Assembly (NCBI GenBank): GCA_963575745.1
Contig: CAUYUJ010000003.1
Coordinates: 186,001 to 250,000 of the forward strand
DNA from: Prorocentrum cordatum
Taxonomy: Eukaryota
Reading direction: 5' to 3'
DNA: 64,000 nt
Under the pieces are notes generated by a model. That model saw only the letters and a list, made by a program, of their open reading frames with translations. It was not told the origin of the DNA and ran no database searches. This document shows, in pieces, positions 52,000 to 64,000 of the stretch. The translations under genes and the position numbers were made by a program. The first letter of the stretch is position 1. Each line of letters starts with the position of its first letter.

Positions 52000-54340
52000 C
52001 AAACTAGCGGAGCGCTTCCACTGCCGGGCAATCCAGGAAGCGGTGCGCCACCAGGAACAGAGAGTTGGAAGCCACGCATTCGAGCTCAGGTACCATGGAC
52101 AAGAGCCATGAACAGTCTGACCATGTCGCCACATGGCGCCAAGGGCCAGGGCCGCAGCTGCGGCGCGGTACAAGCCAAATAGGCGGGGACAGGGCGCCAG
52201 TCGGAAAGCACGGTGTCTGCTGGAAGGCTGCGCCACTCCGCGACGCATCACGTAAACCCCGAAGTCGACGCCAGATCCGGGCGGCAGTGGCGAGTAAAGA
52301 CCAGGCCCCAGGGGCCGACTGCACCAGGGAGCCTGGCCAGAGGTGCGCGTCGTGGACGCCGCGCGGAGGGGGCCGCGCAATTGCGCGGGAGGGCGAACCG
52401 GGCAGGCGGGCACGGACATCACCAGGCCGGCGAGAGAGAGGCGCCCACCAGGGGAGTCCAGCGCCAGGGGGCGGCAAGCCACACAGCGATGCGAGGCTGC
52501 AGGATCACGTGGCAACTGGCCGCCCTGACCTTATGAGACCCTCGCGTGGCGTGGGCGGGTGGGCACTGACATCGCCTGCCGGCCAGGGTGAGAGGAGCCC
52601 GCAAGAAAAGCCCGATGCCAGGGGGCGGCCGGTGGCCATACAAGCTGAAGACGCAAGTCTGCGAGAACGCACGGCCAGCGGCTGCCCTAATTATCCTTGT
52701 GCGCGCGGGGACGAATGGCCGATGGCCATCCCGTCCGCAGGAACAGAAAGAGAGGAGAGAGTCAGAGACCCAGGGAGCGGCTGACGGCCGCACAGGCATG
52801 TGAACTCCACAGCCCAGTGGATAGGCATGGGAACGCTCCTTGCCCGCAGCGGATAAACTTCCATCGGCTTGGTATCCCCTGTGCGGCATCCGTGTGCCAT
52901 CTCCCTACTACGCGGCTGATCGCTGTCTGATCTAACGGGCCCTGCTTTTCTTGAAGAAGCCGGCTGGCTGCCAGGGGTGCCCGCGAGCGTAAACTCTGTC
53001 CCACTTGTTGGTCTGGGGGCGCACGATGCTCCCAGCCAATGGCCGCATCCGGGAGACCTGGGCGCCTCTGGGCCCAACCTTGTCCAGGCCTTGGTCTTTA
53101 GCCTGCTCTGCCGCGCCGGGGCGCTGCCCCGCTCCCGGCTCGTGGCCATCCGACTGCGGAGACTGCCGGGGCCCCCATCCGGCGCCAATTTGGTGGGGGT
53201 CAGCACTCGGCCGAGTGCTGATCCCTACCAAAGTGCCTTCTCTCTTCTGTGTCATGCAACGTATGATGGGCTGGTGGGGATACGCGGAGCGTAAGGCATT
53301 TCCTGACAGTAGTGCGCTGCCCGGATCAGAGTTGTCCTGCATGGCAGCACCCTCGCTCATTGAGCTGCCCACCCCCGTTGGTCCCGGCGTAGCTTCGTTC
53401 CTGTGAGCGTCCTCCGCCCCCATTCTCGACGGCCTGTTCAACTCGAGGCTGCCGGCTACCTGCTCACCTGAGAGGGCGGGAGTGCCGGGGGCGCGGCTGA
53501 CGGCCGCCTGCTCGCCAAGTCGGGCCCCGTCGCCAGGGTTGCCGTCCAGCGACGCTCCTTGCTCGCAGCTGATGGCCGTCTGCTCTCTTGGTGCCCCGGG
53601 CGCCCCCTCGCGCCCATCCTCTGGTCCAGCGACCCCGGTGGGGCCACTGGCGTCAGCCTGGGCCTCGGCGCTGGACTGGTGCTCCGCCTCGCGGCTGACG
53701 GCCGTCTGCTCGCTTGGAAGTGGGAGGCTGCCGGGGGCGCGGCTGGCGGCCGCCCGATTCTGTTCGCCCCCGAATCCGCCTACCCCCGCGGGGGCAACCG
53801 CAGCAGAAGAAAGAGGATCCACGGGGCTGCGAGAGTTTTCCCCATGGCGACAGCTTGACGACGCGCCTTCTGGAAGGGCGGCGTGACCCGAGCTCTCTCG
53901 GGGAGCAGCCCCTGTCCCAGCTGGTGGCTGCCTGCGTCCTTCTGGGGGGGTGGTCGTCAGGGTGGCTGTCTGCCTTTACAGATCCGCGCGAGAAGGGGGC
54001 GCCAGGGATGCGGCTGACGGCCGCCTGTGCTTCTCTATCAATGTGATTGCCAGGGTGGCCATAGGCCTCATCAACTCCGCGCGCGGAAGGAAAGCCAGGG
54101 CGACGGCTGACGGCCGTCTGAGCTATTGTAGGCCTCGGTCCACCAGGGGCGCGGCTGACGGCCGCCTGGGGTCTTGAAGATCACTCGCCTGCAGGGTTGC
54201 GGCTCACAGCCGACAACTCTGAGGAGAAGGGCATCGTTTCTGGATGGGCTGGTGGGGTAACACTTGGCCACCAGGCACGCGAGGCGGGTCGAAAGCCGTC
54301 GCGTGGGAAAGCCTGGGATACGGCTGATGGCCGTCGGCGC
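52000..54340 (-). repeat. Low-complexity decayed ORF region with recurring CGGCTGA(C/T)GGCCG motif ('TAVSR/TAISR' on the minus strand)
   Basis: The motif recurs at ~52780, 53495, 53695, 54010, 54105, 54150 and 54320. ORF 52932..53822 has EQTAVSR, EQTAISC and EQAAVSR. Confidence 0.6.
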
Positions 54341-54429
54341 GTGTTCACTTCCCATTACCTGCTGCCGAGGGCTGCCGCGGCCGCCCCCTCGTCCACCCAA
54401 CGCGCTGCCGTAGCCATCACCTTGCGCTC

Positions 54430-56570
54430 CATCTCCTCCCGCCGAGCCGCAGTCGTGGCCACCGCACTCCCCGGCGCTGCCCTCGAGGCAGCTGCCACTG
54501 CGAACGCGTGCTCTTCTCGCGCGCGCTGTTCAGGGTGCCGAACATGATGGTGTTGGGCTCCATCGTCATGTCTGCCGTCTCGCTCAGCAGCACCACAGTC
54601 TGCTGCCGCTGCCAACGCCTGCTCTTCTCGCACGTGCTGCACAGGGCGTCGTAGGTGGTGATGCTGGGCTCCAGCTTCACGTCTGCCATCTCGCTCAGCA
54701 GCGCCATGCCTGCTGCCTCTGGCAACGCCTGCTCCTCTCGCACTCGCTGTTGCACGACGTAGGCGATGGTACTGAGCTCCAGCCGCGCGCCCAACATCAC
54801 GCTCAGCGACGCCACCAACTGCTACCGCTGGCAACGCCTGCTCTCCTCGCAAGCCTGGTCAGGATGCTGTGAGGGAGGGTGCTGGGCTCCCGCTTCGCGA
54901 TCCTCATCTGGCTCAGCAAGGCCGCGACATGCTGCCCCAGCTAACGTCTGTTCATCTCGCATCGCTGTGCACAGTGCCGTAGGTGCTGATGCTGGGCTCC
55001 AGCTTCACCATTGTCATGTCGTTCAGCAGCACCGCGGGTTGCCGTCAAAACCGACGCCTGCTTTTCTCGCAAGCGTTGTGCACAGTGACGGAGGTCATGT
55101 TGGCGGGTTCCAGCTTCGCGACTACAATCCCGCTCAGCAGCGCCACTGACCACTGCCACTGCCGCAGCCTGCTCCTCTCGCACGCGCACGAGAACGCCGT
55201 GGGCGAGGATGTTGGGCTCCAGCTGCATGGCCACCCTCTCGCCCGGCGACGCCACCGACTGCCGCTGACAACGCCTGCCTTCCTCGCGCGACCTGCGCAG
55301 GATGCCGTAGGTGATGGTGCTGGTCTCCAGCTTCGCGAACACCATCTGGCTCAGCAGCGCCACGACCTGCTGCCGCTGCCAACGACTGCTCTTCTCGCGC
55401 TCGCTGTGCAGGGCGCCGTAGGTGATGTTGCTGGGCCCCAGTTTCGACCCAGATCTCGCTCAGCAGCGCCGCAACCTGCGGCCACTGCCAACGCCTGCTC
55501 TTCCCGCGCGCGCTGATCACAGTGCACGTGGGGGACGCTGCTGAACCCCAACTTCGCGTCCAGGAACTCGCTCCGCAGCGCCGCGTCGCGCTGCCAACGC
55601 CAGCGCCTGCTCTTCTCGCACGTGGTCTTCACAGGGGCGCAGGTAATGATCATGTCGGGCTCCAGCTTCGCGATGCCGTCTCGTTCGGCAGTGCCGCGAC
55701 GCGCCGCCGCTTCTTGCGCCTGCTCTTCCCGCACGCGCTGTTCACAGTGCCGTAGGTGATGATGTTGGCGGGCTCCAGCTTCGCGACCACCAACTCGCTC
55801 GGCAGCGCCACTGCCCACTGTCACTGCCAACGCCTGCTCCTCTCGCGCGCCCGATGAGGGCGCCGTAGGTGAGGATGTTGGGCTCCAGCAGCATGACCGC
55901 CAATTCGTTCGGCGACGCAACCAACTGCTGCCGCTGGCAACGCCTGATCGTCTCGCACTACCTGTTCAGGGTGCCGTAGGTGATGGCGTTGGTGATGGTG
56001 CTGGCAACGCCTGCTTTTCTCGCGCGCGCTGCTCACACTGCCGTAGGTGGTGATGACGGGCTCCGGCTTCCCGACCACGATCTCGCCCCGCATCGCTACT
56101 GCTGGCTGCCACTGCCAGCGCCTGCTTTTGTCGCGCGCCATGCTCGCAGCGCCGCAGGTGAATGTGCCGGGCGCGGCTTCGGGGGCAGGACATCGCCCAG
56201 CAGCGCCTCGAACCGCTGCGATTTCCAGAGCCTGCTCTTCTCGCGCTCGCTGCTCGGGGCGCAGTGGGTGAAGATGTTGGTCTCCAGCTACGCGACCCGG
56301 ATCTTGCTCAGCAGAGCCACGGCCTGCTGTCACTGTTAACACCTGCACTTCTCGCACGTGCAGGTAAGGTGAAGCTCCCGGGCTCCAGCGTCGCGTCCCG
56401 GGCCTCGCTCCGCAGCGCCACGACGCGCTGCCACTGCCAAAACCTGCTCTTCTCACGCGCGCTGTTCACAGGGACGTGGGCGATGGTGATGTCGGCCTCC
56501 AGCAGAGCGGCTGCCGACTCATTCAACAATGTCGCACTGATGAAGGTGGTCGGCTCCAGCCGCATTCTCC
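54430..56570 (-). pseudogene. Decayed pentatricopeptide repeat (PPR) array, roughly 20 units
   Basis: ~35-37 aa units, consensus about LEPNIITYGALxSAREKSRRWQWQxxVALLSEMxxAK, in shifting frames. Confidence 0.9.
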
Positions 56571-56887
56571 GCCTCTCGCGGGCCAGCGCCAGGGCAGTGC
56601 GCTTGCCCTTCCCTTTCGCGTGCGCTGCCCGAGGTGCTGCGGCAGAGGAGCACCGGCAACGGGCTCGGCCGCGCCCAGCCGCGGCTACGAGGGAAAGGCC
56701 AGGAGGGGAAAGAAGAGAGCGGGAGAGAGCGATAAGGAAGCCAGGTACGGCTGATGCCGTACTGTCGGGGATGTCCATGCCAGGGGCGGCTGATGGCCGT
56801 TTTGTCAGGAACGAAGGGCCAGGGACGGCTGATGGCCGCTTTGTCGTAGATGTCACCGCACGGATCGCTTGGCTCCGGGGGGGCCTC

Positions 56888-57370
56888 CGTCGACTCTGGT
56901 TGCCCCAGATGGGTGCCAAGGTCACGGCTGCTGGCCGTCTGAACGCACTGCGTCGTTCCAACCGCTCCGTTCCCTTCTGGCCTGACGGGCCCTGCGTCTT
57001 CTTGCGAGGTCTGCTGGCCGCCAGGGGTGCCCGGAAGGGCGTCAGGGAGCAAGGTGCCTCTTTCTGACTGTCAGAATTGTGAGGATCACGGCTGGCGGCC
57101 GTCTGGTCGCTTTGTATCATGATCACGGCTGATGGCCGTCAGCACGCTTTGCGACGTCTGATGGCCGTCGATTCTGGTTGCCCCAGATGGATGCCAGGGT
57201 CGCGGCTGATGGCCGTCTGACCGCACTGCATCGTTGCAACCGTTCCGCTCCCTTCTGGCCTGACTAGCCCCGCGTCTTCTTGCGAGGTCTGCTGGCCGCC
57301 AGTGGTGCCCGGACGGGCGTCAGGAAGCAAGGGTACCTCCTTCTGACAGTCAGAGTTGTGAGGATCACAG
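56888..57370. repeat. ~230 bp repeat, two copies; further copies at 62148-62600
   Basis: gtcga(c/t)tctggttgccccagatgg...cttgcgaggtctgctggccgccag(g/t)ggtgccc...ctgac(a/t)gtcaga(g/a)ttgtgaggatcac. Confidence 0.9.
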
Positions 57371-57375
57371 CTTAG

Positions 57376-57774
57376 TCAAACGGCCTCTCTGTTGGCTGGC
57401 CGCACTATCCATGCCGGCCGCTCTGCAGCTAGCCCCCGCAGGGCGATCCGCGCAGCGGTGGCGCTCTTGCACGTCGCCAATTCAGCTCTGCCATGGCGGT
57501 CGCGCCACCGATGCAACAGAGAAAACGCAGAGATATCGCCGTACTGCAGGCACACGTGTTCCGCCGGGCCGGCGTCGTCGTCGGGGAAGAGCATGTGCAG
57601 GTCACCGTGCTCCAGCGGCTCCGGCGCCGACACCCAAGCGTCATGGACAGACGCGTCGCTGATATCATAGTACTCGGTTAGGACAGCTTCGCCCACTTTG
57701 AAACGACCGCCAACGGCAGACATCCAGGATCCACCCCCGGTCGTCGCCAAGAGGAACGCGTCGATCCGCTCCAA
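57376..57774 (-). CDS. 132 aa hypothetical protein or C-terminal part of a longer disrupted ORF, possibly RRM-like
   Basis: Protein-like composition. 'LQYGDISAFSLL...HGRAELATCKSATAARIAL' weakly resembles RRM RNP1 and the following helix. Confidence 0.35.
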   Translation of the reverse strand: MERIDAFLLATTGGGSWMSAVGGRFKVGEAVLTEYYDISDASVHDAWVSAPEPLEHGDLHMLFPDDDAGPAEHVCLQYGDISAFSLLHRWRDRHGRAELATCKSATAARIALRGLAAERPAWIVRPANREAV

Positions 57775-58086
57775 GGTTGCAACATTGCTACCGGCAATCG
57801 TCTGCCGCGAGGCCGGCCGCTCACGGCGAGGGACGCGGGCAGACGAAGCGCGCGACGCCGCCCGGCCCCCATGATCGTCAGACTCATCCCGGCGTCCGCC
57901 GACAGAGTCGCCCGTGGCTTCGCATGGCGCGGTGGCTGCTGGGGCCGGGGCGCCCGGCGAGGCCGTGCGGGCCGGAGCGGGCGGCGCGGTTGGCCGCCAG
58001 GCAGGGGCGGGGTCGCCTCTGGCAGCTGGGGCGGAGGGGAACGCTGCATTGTGACATGCGGGGACGAGCCCCTCTCGCCGGCGTTA

Positions 58087-60027
58087 GGGGCGGCAGTCAT
58101 CGCATAAAGACGTCCTCGGGCCAGCTGGTGGAAATGATTACCAAGCACGCGAAATATTCCAAAGGGTTTTCGCGAGGAAATACAAAGTACACAAGCAATT
58201 CAAACGCAACTTCGCCCTGAAATTCAAATTACAACAACATTTCGAACTTACATTCGAATCCCAACTCAAAGTACCATTCAAATTAAGTGGGAAATTCCAA
58301 TCGGATTTACATTGAACAATAACTTTAAATTAATGAAGAAATGCAAATCCAATAAGAGAAATCCACATGAGCCCGCATTTCAAGGTTAAGGCCGGGCAGC
58401 AGAGAATACGAACCACAAGAAATGAAATCAAACAACACAAAGTCCCTACATACTTCGATACACATCAAAGCGAACGCTGCCCCTCCCAGATATCACGGCA
58501 TCGCGGGACGGCTTCGTCGTTGGATCTGATCCCCTTTACCGTCGCTTGCTTTGCTATTTTCTGGCTCGCTGCGCTGGACGCTCGTTCCGGATCGACTGCC
58601 TGGGAGGGGACCTCTGGGTTTTCAATGTCGTTTCTTTCGCGTCCCGGGGGGAGGGCGAGAAAAAGCGACGGACGCGTGCGCAATCGCCTCCCCATCTGAA
58701 GTTGGGGCCTCCAGAATCCAGAAGGGCCCCCCCTCACCCACGCGCGCCCTGTCTCAAACAAACCTCTCGTATCCCAAAGAAAAGCGGAGGGCGGCGGAGA
58801 GTCGCCACAAGCGTCTCCGATCATCCCGCCAGCCCTCTGGGCGCAGGCGTAAGTGGTTCATCGAATTGTTTTCTGCCCTCTGCCAAAACCCCTCCTTCCC
58901 CTGCTCGGGGGAAGGGTTTGCCCCGCCCCTCCCCCGGGCCAAGGGGGGCGACCGATTGATCAAGATGGTTCCAAGAATCAAGAGGGCCTTAGGAAGCTCA
59001 AGATGGCCTGCAAGGTGGCCCATGATATTTCAAAATGGGCCAAGATCCCAGTATAGCCCCCGGCATACCTCCAAGAAGAGGCTTCAAGACATACCCAGAA
59101 ACGGATTCTAGGGCCCGTCACCTTCATTGTTCGCTTCTCCGTCGTCCGCGCCGTCGCTGTCGGGACGTCCCCTCTAGGGCGGTGGACTCCTGCCCCCCGC
59201 GGTCCCTCGGAGTCGTCGCCCGCGTGGGCGGGGGCGGGGAGAGCGCTTGGGAAAGGGGGGCTCAGAGGGCTCAGGATGACTCCAGAATGCCCAACGAGGC
59301 CTCGGACCCCTGGGGCGCCGCTCCGGGCAGCTCCGGACCAACCGAGCCCTCACCAGAAATCACCATCAGAAATCAAACAATAATTCCAACACAAATTCCA
59401 AACTAATTCCAAATTTCAAGAACAATTTCAAAAATAATTCAAAAGTAATTCCAAAATGATTACAAAATAATTCCAAACGAAATTCAAAACTCAATGCAAT
59501 TCAAAAAACATTGGAAAAATATAGAAAAACTCCAAATCGCCAACAACAAATAAAGAACAACTCAAACGGAAATTCAACATGACATTCAAAATGCCAGGAA
59601 AATCCCAACGGAGATTCCAACATGATTTCCAACTGCTCGCAAAACTCACTTGTAGATTAATCAACGATTCTTCAAACAACTCAACAACATCTCCATGTCT
59701 CTGGGGCTCCCCCGGGGCCTTCCGCCTGCCCATCCCGCACCAAGGGTTCTTATGAAGCCCGCGGCAGACCATCCGCAAATTCTGATGGGCCCTGGGATGA
59801 GCTCCCAGAGGGCTTTTCTCTACTCTTCCCACGGCAAGGCCCACGCCGGGGGCGCCACAATGTGCGACGCGCGTTACGTAGGGGGCCAAGAGGGCGCAAA
59901 GAGGGGCCTATGAGCCCAAGACCCAAGAGCCCACGCACAACACACAGAAACACAGACACACAAACACGCGCGCGCACACACACACACACCACCACCGCCA
60001 CCGCCACCACCACCACCACCACCACCA

Positions 60028-60078
<51 letters not shown>

Positions 60079-60966
60079 GCACACACACAGCCGTCAAGAA
60101 GGCCGCACGAGGACGTCGTGTCTCTGGGCGCCCCTTGGGGCCCTTTCGAAGCCCTTTCGGAGCCTTCTTGAAGCCCACTTAGGTCTCTTCGATTCTCGGG
60201 CTTTGAAGGCCCACCAGAGCCCAGAAGAGCCGCATGGGGGCAAGGACGCTAGTCACTAGTCACATGCCATACGACGAGCGCCCATAGTGCGTAGTGTCAT
60301 ACTCACGCCGTGCCCCTCACGCGGCTCGTGGCCCCATCAAGCCATTGGGGACTCCATCGAAGGCTCCAATGCTGGTGGCCGCATGACCTCTCGCCTTTGC
60401 TTTCGTCAGACCCCTCGCACGTTTCGCTGCCGCATAGAACATAGAACTAAACCGGAGGTTCAATTGGCGGTAACCGCATGAAGTCGCACCATTCACTTCG
60501 GCACAACCCTCACATCTCAATATCGGCGCGTCCCTCGCACGCATCGCGGCTCCATAATAACGGTTTGGCGGAAAAGCCGACGGCCAGGAGGGTGATCCGC
60601 TCAGTGGGGGGGATTGTACCGCGTCCATGTGTGTATATACGCGCAAAACGTGTTGTGAGTATATTTCAAGAAATGGAACAAGTGTATCAATATTGTCATA
60701 CGGCCATATATGTATACAAACATAACTAGAGCGCATCAACTGGACAACTTCTTCTTCGCCTGCCATCCGCACGGTCCAAATCACATCACTCGCTTCCGAC
60801 ATTCCTGCTATTAGTTTTTGTAGATTTGGTTTGAATTGGTTGCCGGATTCTGAAATTGTTTGGTATTTTGATTTGTAATTATTTGAATGTGTAAATGTTC
60901 GTCGGAATTATGCTTGAATTTATCCGGAATTTCGAGGGTGACCACGTTATGCGTAATGGCCGCCCC
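58087..60966. mobile_element. 2880 bp non-autonomous TIR element with TA target duplication and AT-rich subterminal repeats
   Basis: TA|GGGGCGGCAGTCATCGCATAA ... TTATGCGTAATGGCCGCCCC|TA. AATTC(C)AAA-rich blocks at 58170-58460 and 59370-59690, with the inverse at 60810-60935. No transposase seen. Confidence 0.75.
59940..60090. repeat. (CA)n/(CCA)n microsatellite
   Basis: Direct reading of the sequence. Confidence 0.95.
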
Positions 60967-62664
60967 TAACGCTGGCGTTCGCCTTCAGGCCGGCGCCTGT
61001 CCACGCTCGCTGGCGCGCCCGCGCCAGTCGCCGCGAGGCTATCGTCCTGCGGGCCACACCGGGCGCAGGCACGTTGTCAGACACCGCTTCGTTCGGGGCG
61101 GATGCCGCCTTCCCCGGCGAGGCCCGGGTTTTGAGAGGGAGGGGCGGCGGTTCGCTGTCCGCTCGGGCGGAATCGCTGCCAATGGAATGAGGGCGAATGG
61201 GCGCGAAGGGGCTTTTGCCGACAAGCTGGCGGATGGCCTCGTCGTCCCGTCTCTGCCAGGCGGGTCCGTTGTTCCCCCGCGAGGAGGCTTCGAGCGCACC
61301 GGGGGCGGCGGCGGGCGGAGTCGCAGCAAGGCGTCGCTGGGTCTCGCCCTCAACCAGGTGCGACAACGTCCCCTGACTCTCCAGGTAGCAGGCTCCATGT
61401 CTGCCGTCGGCCACGGGGGAAGCCTCGGAGGCGCCGGCCGGAGCGTCTGCGCCGACCGCGAAGGGCCGCCCGTCTGTGGCCCGCGCGCCCATCCAGGAGT
61501 CAAGCGAGCCCTCCAGTCGCGGGTGCCCTGGGTTCCGGTCAGTCGCACCTGCGTCCACGCACCCGTCGCGAGAACTGTGGCAGCTGACAGCCGCTCCTGG
61601 ATTTACGGCACCCTGGCTCTCTTTTATGTGTGGTGGGACTCCGTTTTCGGGCACTCACTCTGCCGCCTTCCGAACTGCCGCCGCGATGCCGTCGTCAGGG
61701 GTGGGCGCCGTTCCAGGCGCACCTTCGGCCTCCACCAAAACTCCGACCCAGGGGCGCTGATGGGGGTGAGGAGCTGTAGGAGTGTCCGTTTCAGCCTGTG
61801 GCTCGCTCGAAGGACTGCTGCGGCTGAAATTTTCTTGTTCCGACATGACCTCCTGGCTGCCTTCTGGCCCAACGTGCCCAGCTCCTCCTTGTGAGTCCGA
61901 CGTCGCAACCGCTCGGGGCTCGGCTTCTCTCCTAGAGGTCTGCTGGCCGCCAAGGGGGCCCGCGAGGGCGTGGCGACCCGGGCGCGGGGAAGCAGGGGCG
62001 CCTCGTTCGCCAACGGACGCGGGGCTGCAAGGGTGCAAGGGAACCTCCTCCGGACAGCCGGAGTCACGTGGATGGCTTGGGCACTGGGACGCCAGAGTGC
62101 CTTGACCTCTCGCGGGCCCGTCGTCGCCAGGGTTACGGCTGATGGCTGTCGACTCTGGTTGCCCCAGATGGATGCCAGGGTCAAGGGCGATGGCCGTCTG
62201 AACGCACTGCGTCGTTACAACCGTTCCCGTCCCTTCTGGCCTGGCGGGCCCTGCGTCTTCTTGCGAGGTCTGCTGGCCGCCAGGGGTGCCCAGGGGCGTC
62301 AGAGAGCAAGGGTACCTCCCTCTGACAGTCAGAGTTGTGAGGAGTTCCGTCCCCTTCTGGCCTGACGGACCCTGCGTCTCCTTGCGAGGTCTGCTGGCCG
62401 CCAGGGGTGCCCGGAAGGGCGTCAGAGAGCAAGGGTGCATCCTTCTGACAGTCGACAGAACTGTGAGGATCACGGCTGACGGCCGTCTGGTCGCTTTGCA
62501 TCAGGGGGGTGCCAGGATCACGGCAGGCGGCCACCTGCACGCTTGGAGAGGTCTGCTGGCCGCCAGGGGTGCCCGAGAGGGCGTCAGGACCCGAATGCGG
62601 GGGTGCAAGGGCACCTTGTCTGCAGACGGGCACCGGGCAGCCAGGGCGCAAGGGTGCCTCTCTC

Positions 62665-62666
<2 letters not shown>

Positions 62667-62735
<69 letters not shown>

Positions 62736-62747
62736 AAGCTGCTGCTG

Positions 62748-62798
<51 letters not shown>

Positions 62799-62831
62799 AG
62801 CTGGTGCTGCCTGCTGCTGCTGCTGCTGCTG
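62667..62831. repeat. (CTG/CAG)n microsatellite
   Basis: Direct reading. It encodes polyQ, polyA or polyS on the minus strand depending on frame. Confidence 0.95.
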
Positions 62832-63595
62832 CGGGGGGCCGCCGAGTGCGGGCGGCGGCGGCCGCCGCCGCCGCAGCGCCAGCGGCCGCGCCGCTGGCGG
62901 CCGCGGGGGCGGCCGCGGCGGCGCTGGCCACCGCGCCCTCCACCGCCGCCGCCGCCGGGGCGGGGGCGGCGGCGGCGGGCGGCGGCGGCGGCGGCGGCAG
63001 GGCCCGAGGTGGCGCTGCCCTCGGGCGCCGGCGCGGCCGCAGCGGCCCAGGCGCCGCCCGACGCGGCTGCCGCCGACGCGGAGCTGCCGCGGCCGCGGCA
63101 GCAGGGGGTGCGGCCGCGCGCGCGGCCAGCAGGGCCGCCCGTGCCGCGGCGGCGACGGCCAGCCAGAGGCCGCGGCCGCCGCGGCCTCCGCAGTGTCCAG
63201 GGCCGCGCCGCCGGCGGCCGCGGCAGCCTCGGCGGCAGCCTCGGCGGCAGCCTCGGCGGCAGCCTCGGCGGCGGCCGCGGCGGGCCGCGCGGCTGCGCTG
63301 CCAGCGGCCGCGGCAGCGGCCGCGGCGGCGGCCTGGCCGAGCGGCCGGTCGCCGCGGCGGCGGCGACGCCGGTGGCGGCAGGCCAGGCGGCGGCGCCGCG
63401 GCGGGGCGGCCGCGCCGGCGGTGCCGGCCCGGCGCGCGGCCGCCGCGGCCCGCCGCTGCTGCCGCCTGCAAGCCGCGCGCGGCGACATGACGCGGGCGGG
63501 GGGGGGGGGCAAGACGACGCGCGTCTTCCTGGCCCCCACCAAGCGAACGAGGTCGGGGCACCTCCGGCCCCAGGCGCGCAGCCGGCTCGGCTCAC

Positions 63596-63631
63596 CTTGA
63601 GCCAGAGGGGGCTTGAGCCAGTGGCTGCGGA
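63596..63631 (-). other. Tandem dinoSL relics
   Basis: TCCGCAGCCACTGGCTCAAG (SL with a 2 nt deletion) followed, after one extra C, by CCCCTCTGGCTCAAG (12/15 to the truncated relic CCATTTTGGCTCAAG). Confidence 0.7.
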
Positions 63632-64000
63632 CTGGTGGGAATATTTTTTTCGGTCGCGTCCGCCAGCGAAGGCGCTAATGGAGTCAGAAGCGCTCCGGGA
63701 CACGGAAGCGGCCTAATTTGCTACTAAGCGCGCCGCAGGCCGGCCGGCCCACTCACCAAGCAGCGGCAGGCTGCGCGGGGGAGATGGCGAGCCGAGGGCG
63801 TCCAGGGAAGCCCAAGCACTTGCAGCCCAGCAGAATGCTGGAAAATTACGGTTGTGCCGTGAGGCAAGACCCGCTCGAAGCACGAGGACGAGTGCGGCGA
63901 TGACTGCGTGTCCAACATGCCCGTTGGGCGTCCAGGGGTAGTAAGCGATGGGCGAGTCGCCAGTGGGGCGCCAAGCCCACGTCGCGCCAACGGCGTCTGC

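Noticed and set aside
62286..63716. 476 aa plus-strand poly-Cys ORF and overlapping ORFs
   Set aside because: Extreme GC content and (CTG)n leave all frames open, with no domain signal.

Overview
GC-rich, repeat-dense eukaryotic DNA, almost certainly from a dinoflagellate: a 21/22 match to the dinoflagellate spliced leader (dinoSL, DCCGTAGCCATTTTGGCTCAAG) lies at 40368-40389, and the PPR and LINE fragments are of dinoflagellate type. I found no intact, recognisable host gene. In order, the window holds: a ~5.5 kb (TAG)n array; a decayed DIRS/Ngaro-type tyrosine-recombinase retrotransposon carrying a C5 DNA methyltransferase and split direct repeats; about seven decayed LINE pieces, all on the minus strand; TA-flanked MITEs; two ~90 bp satellite families sharing a terminal motif; a telomere-like tract; a frameshifted, intronless zinc-finger gene of unknown family behind three tandem monomers; a ~2.4 kb foldback; a decayed PPR array inside repeat-rich DNA; and a 2.9 kb TIR element. 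Two signals stand out. First, spliced-leader sequences sit at the 5' ends of two LINEs and inside the terminal repeat of the DIRS-like element. Second, conserved motifs show a recurring A>G/T>C decay. All calls come from reading motifs by eye, and many boundaries are approximate.
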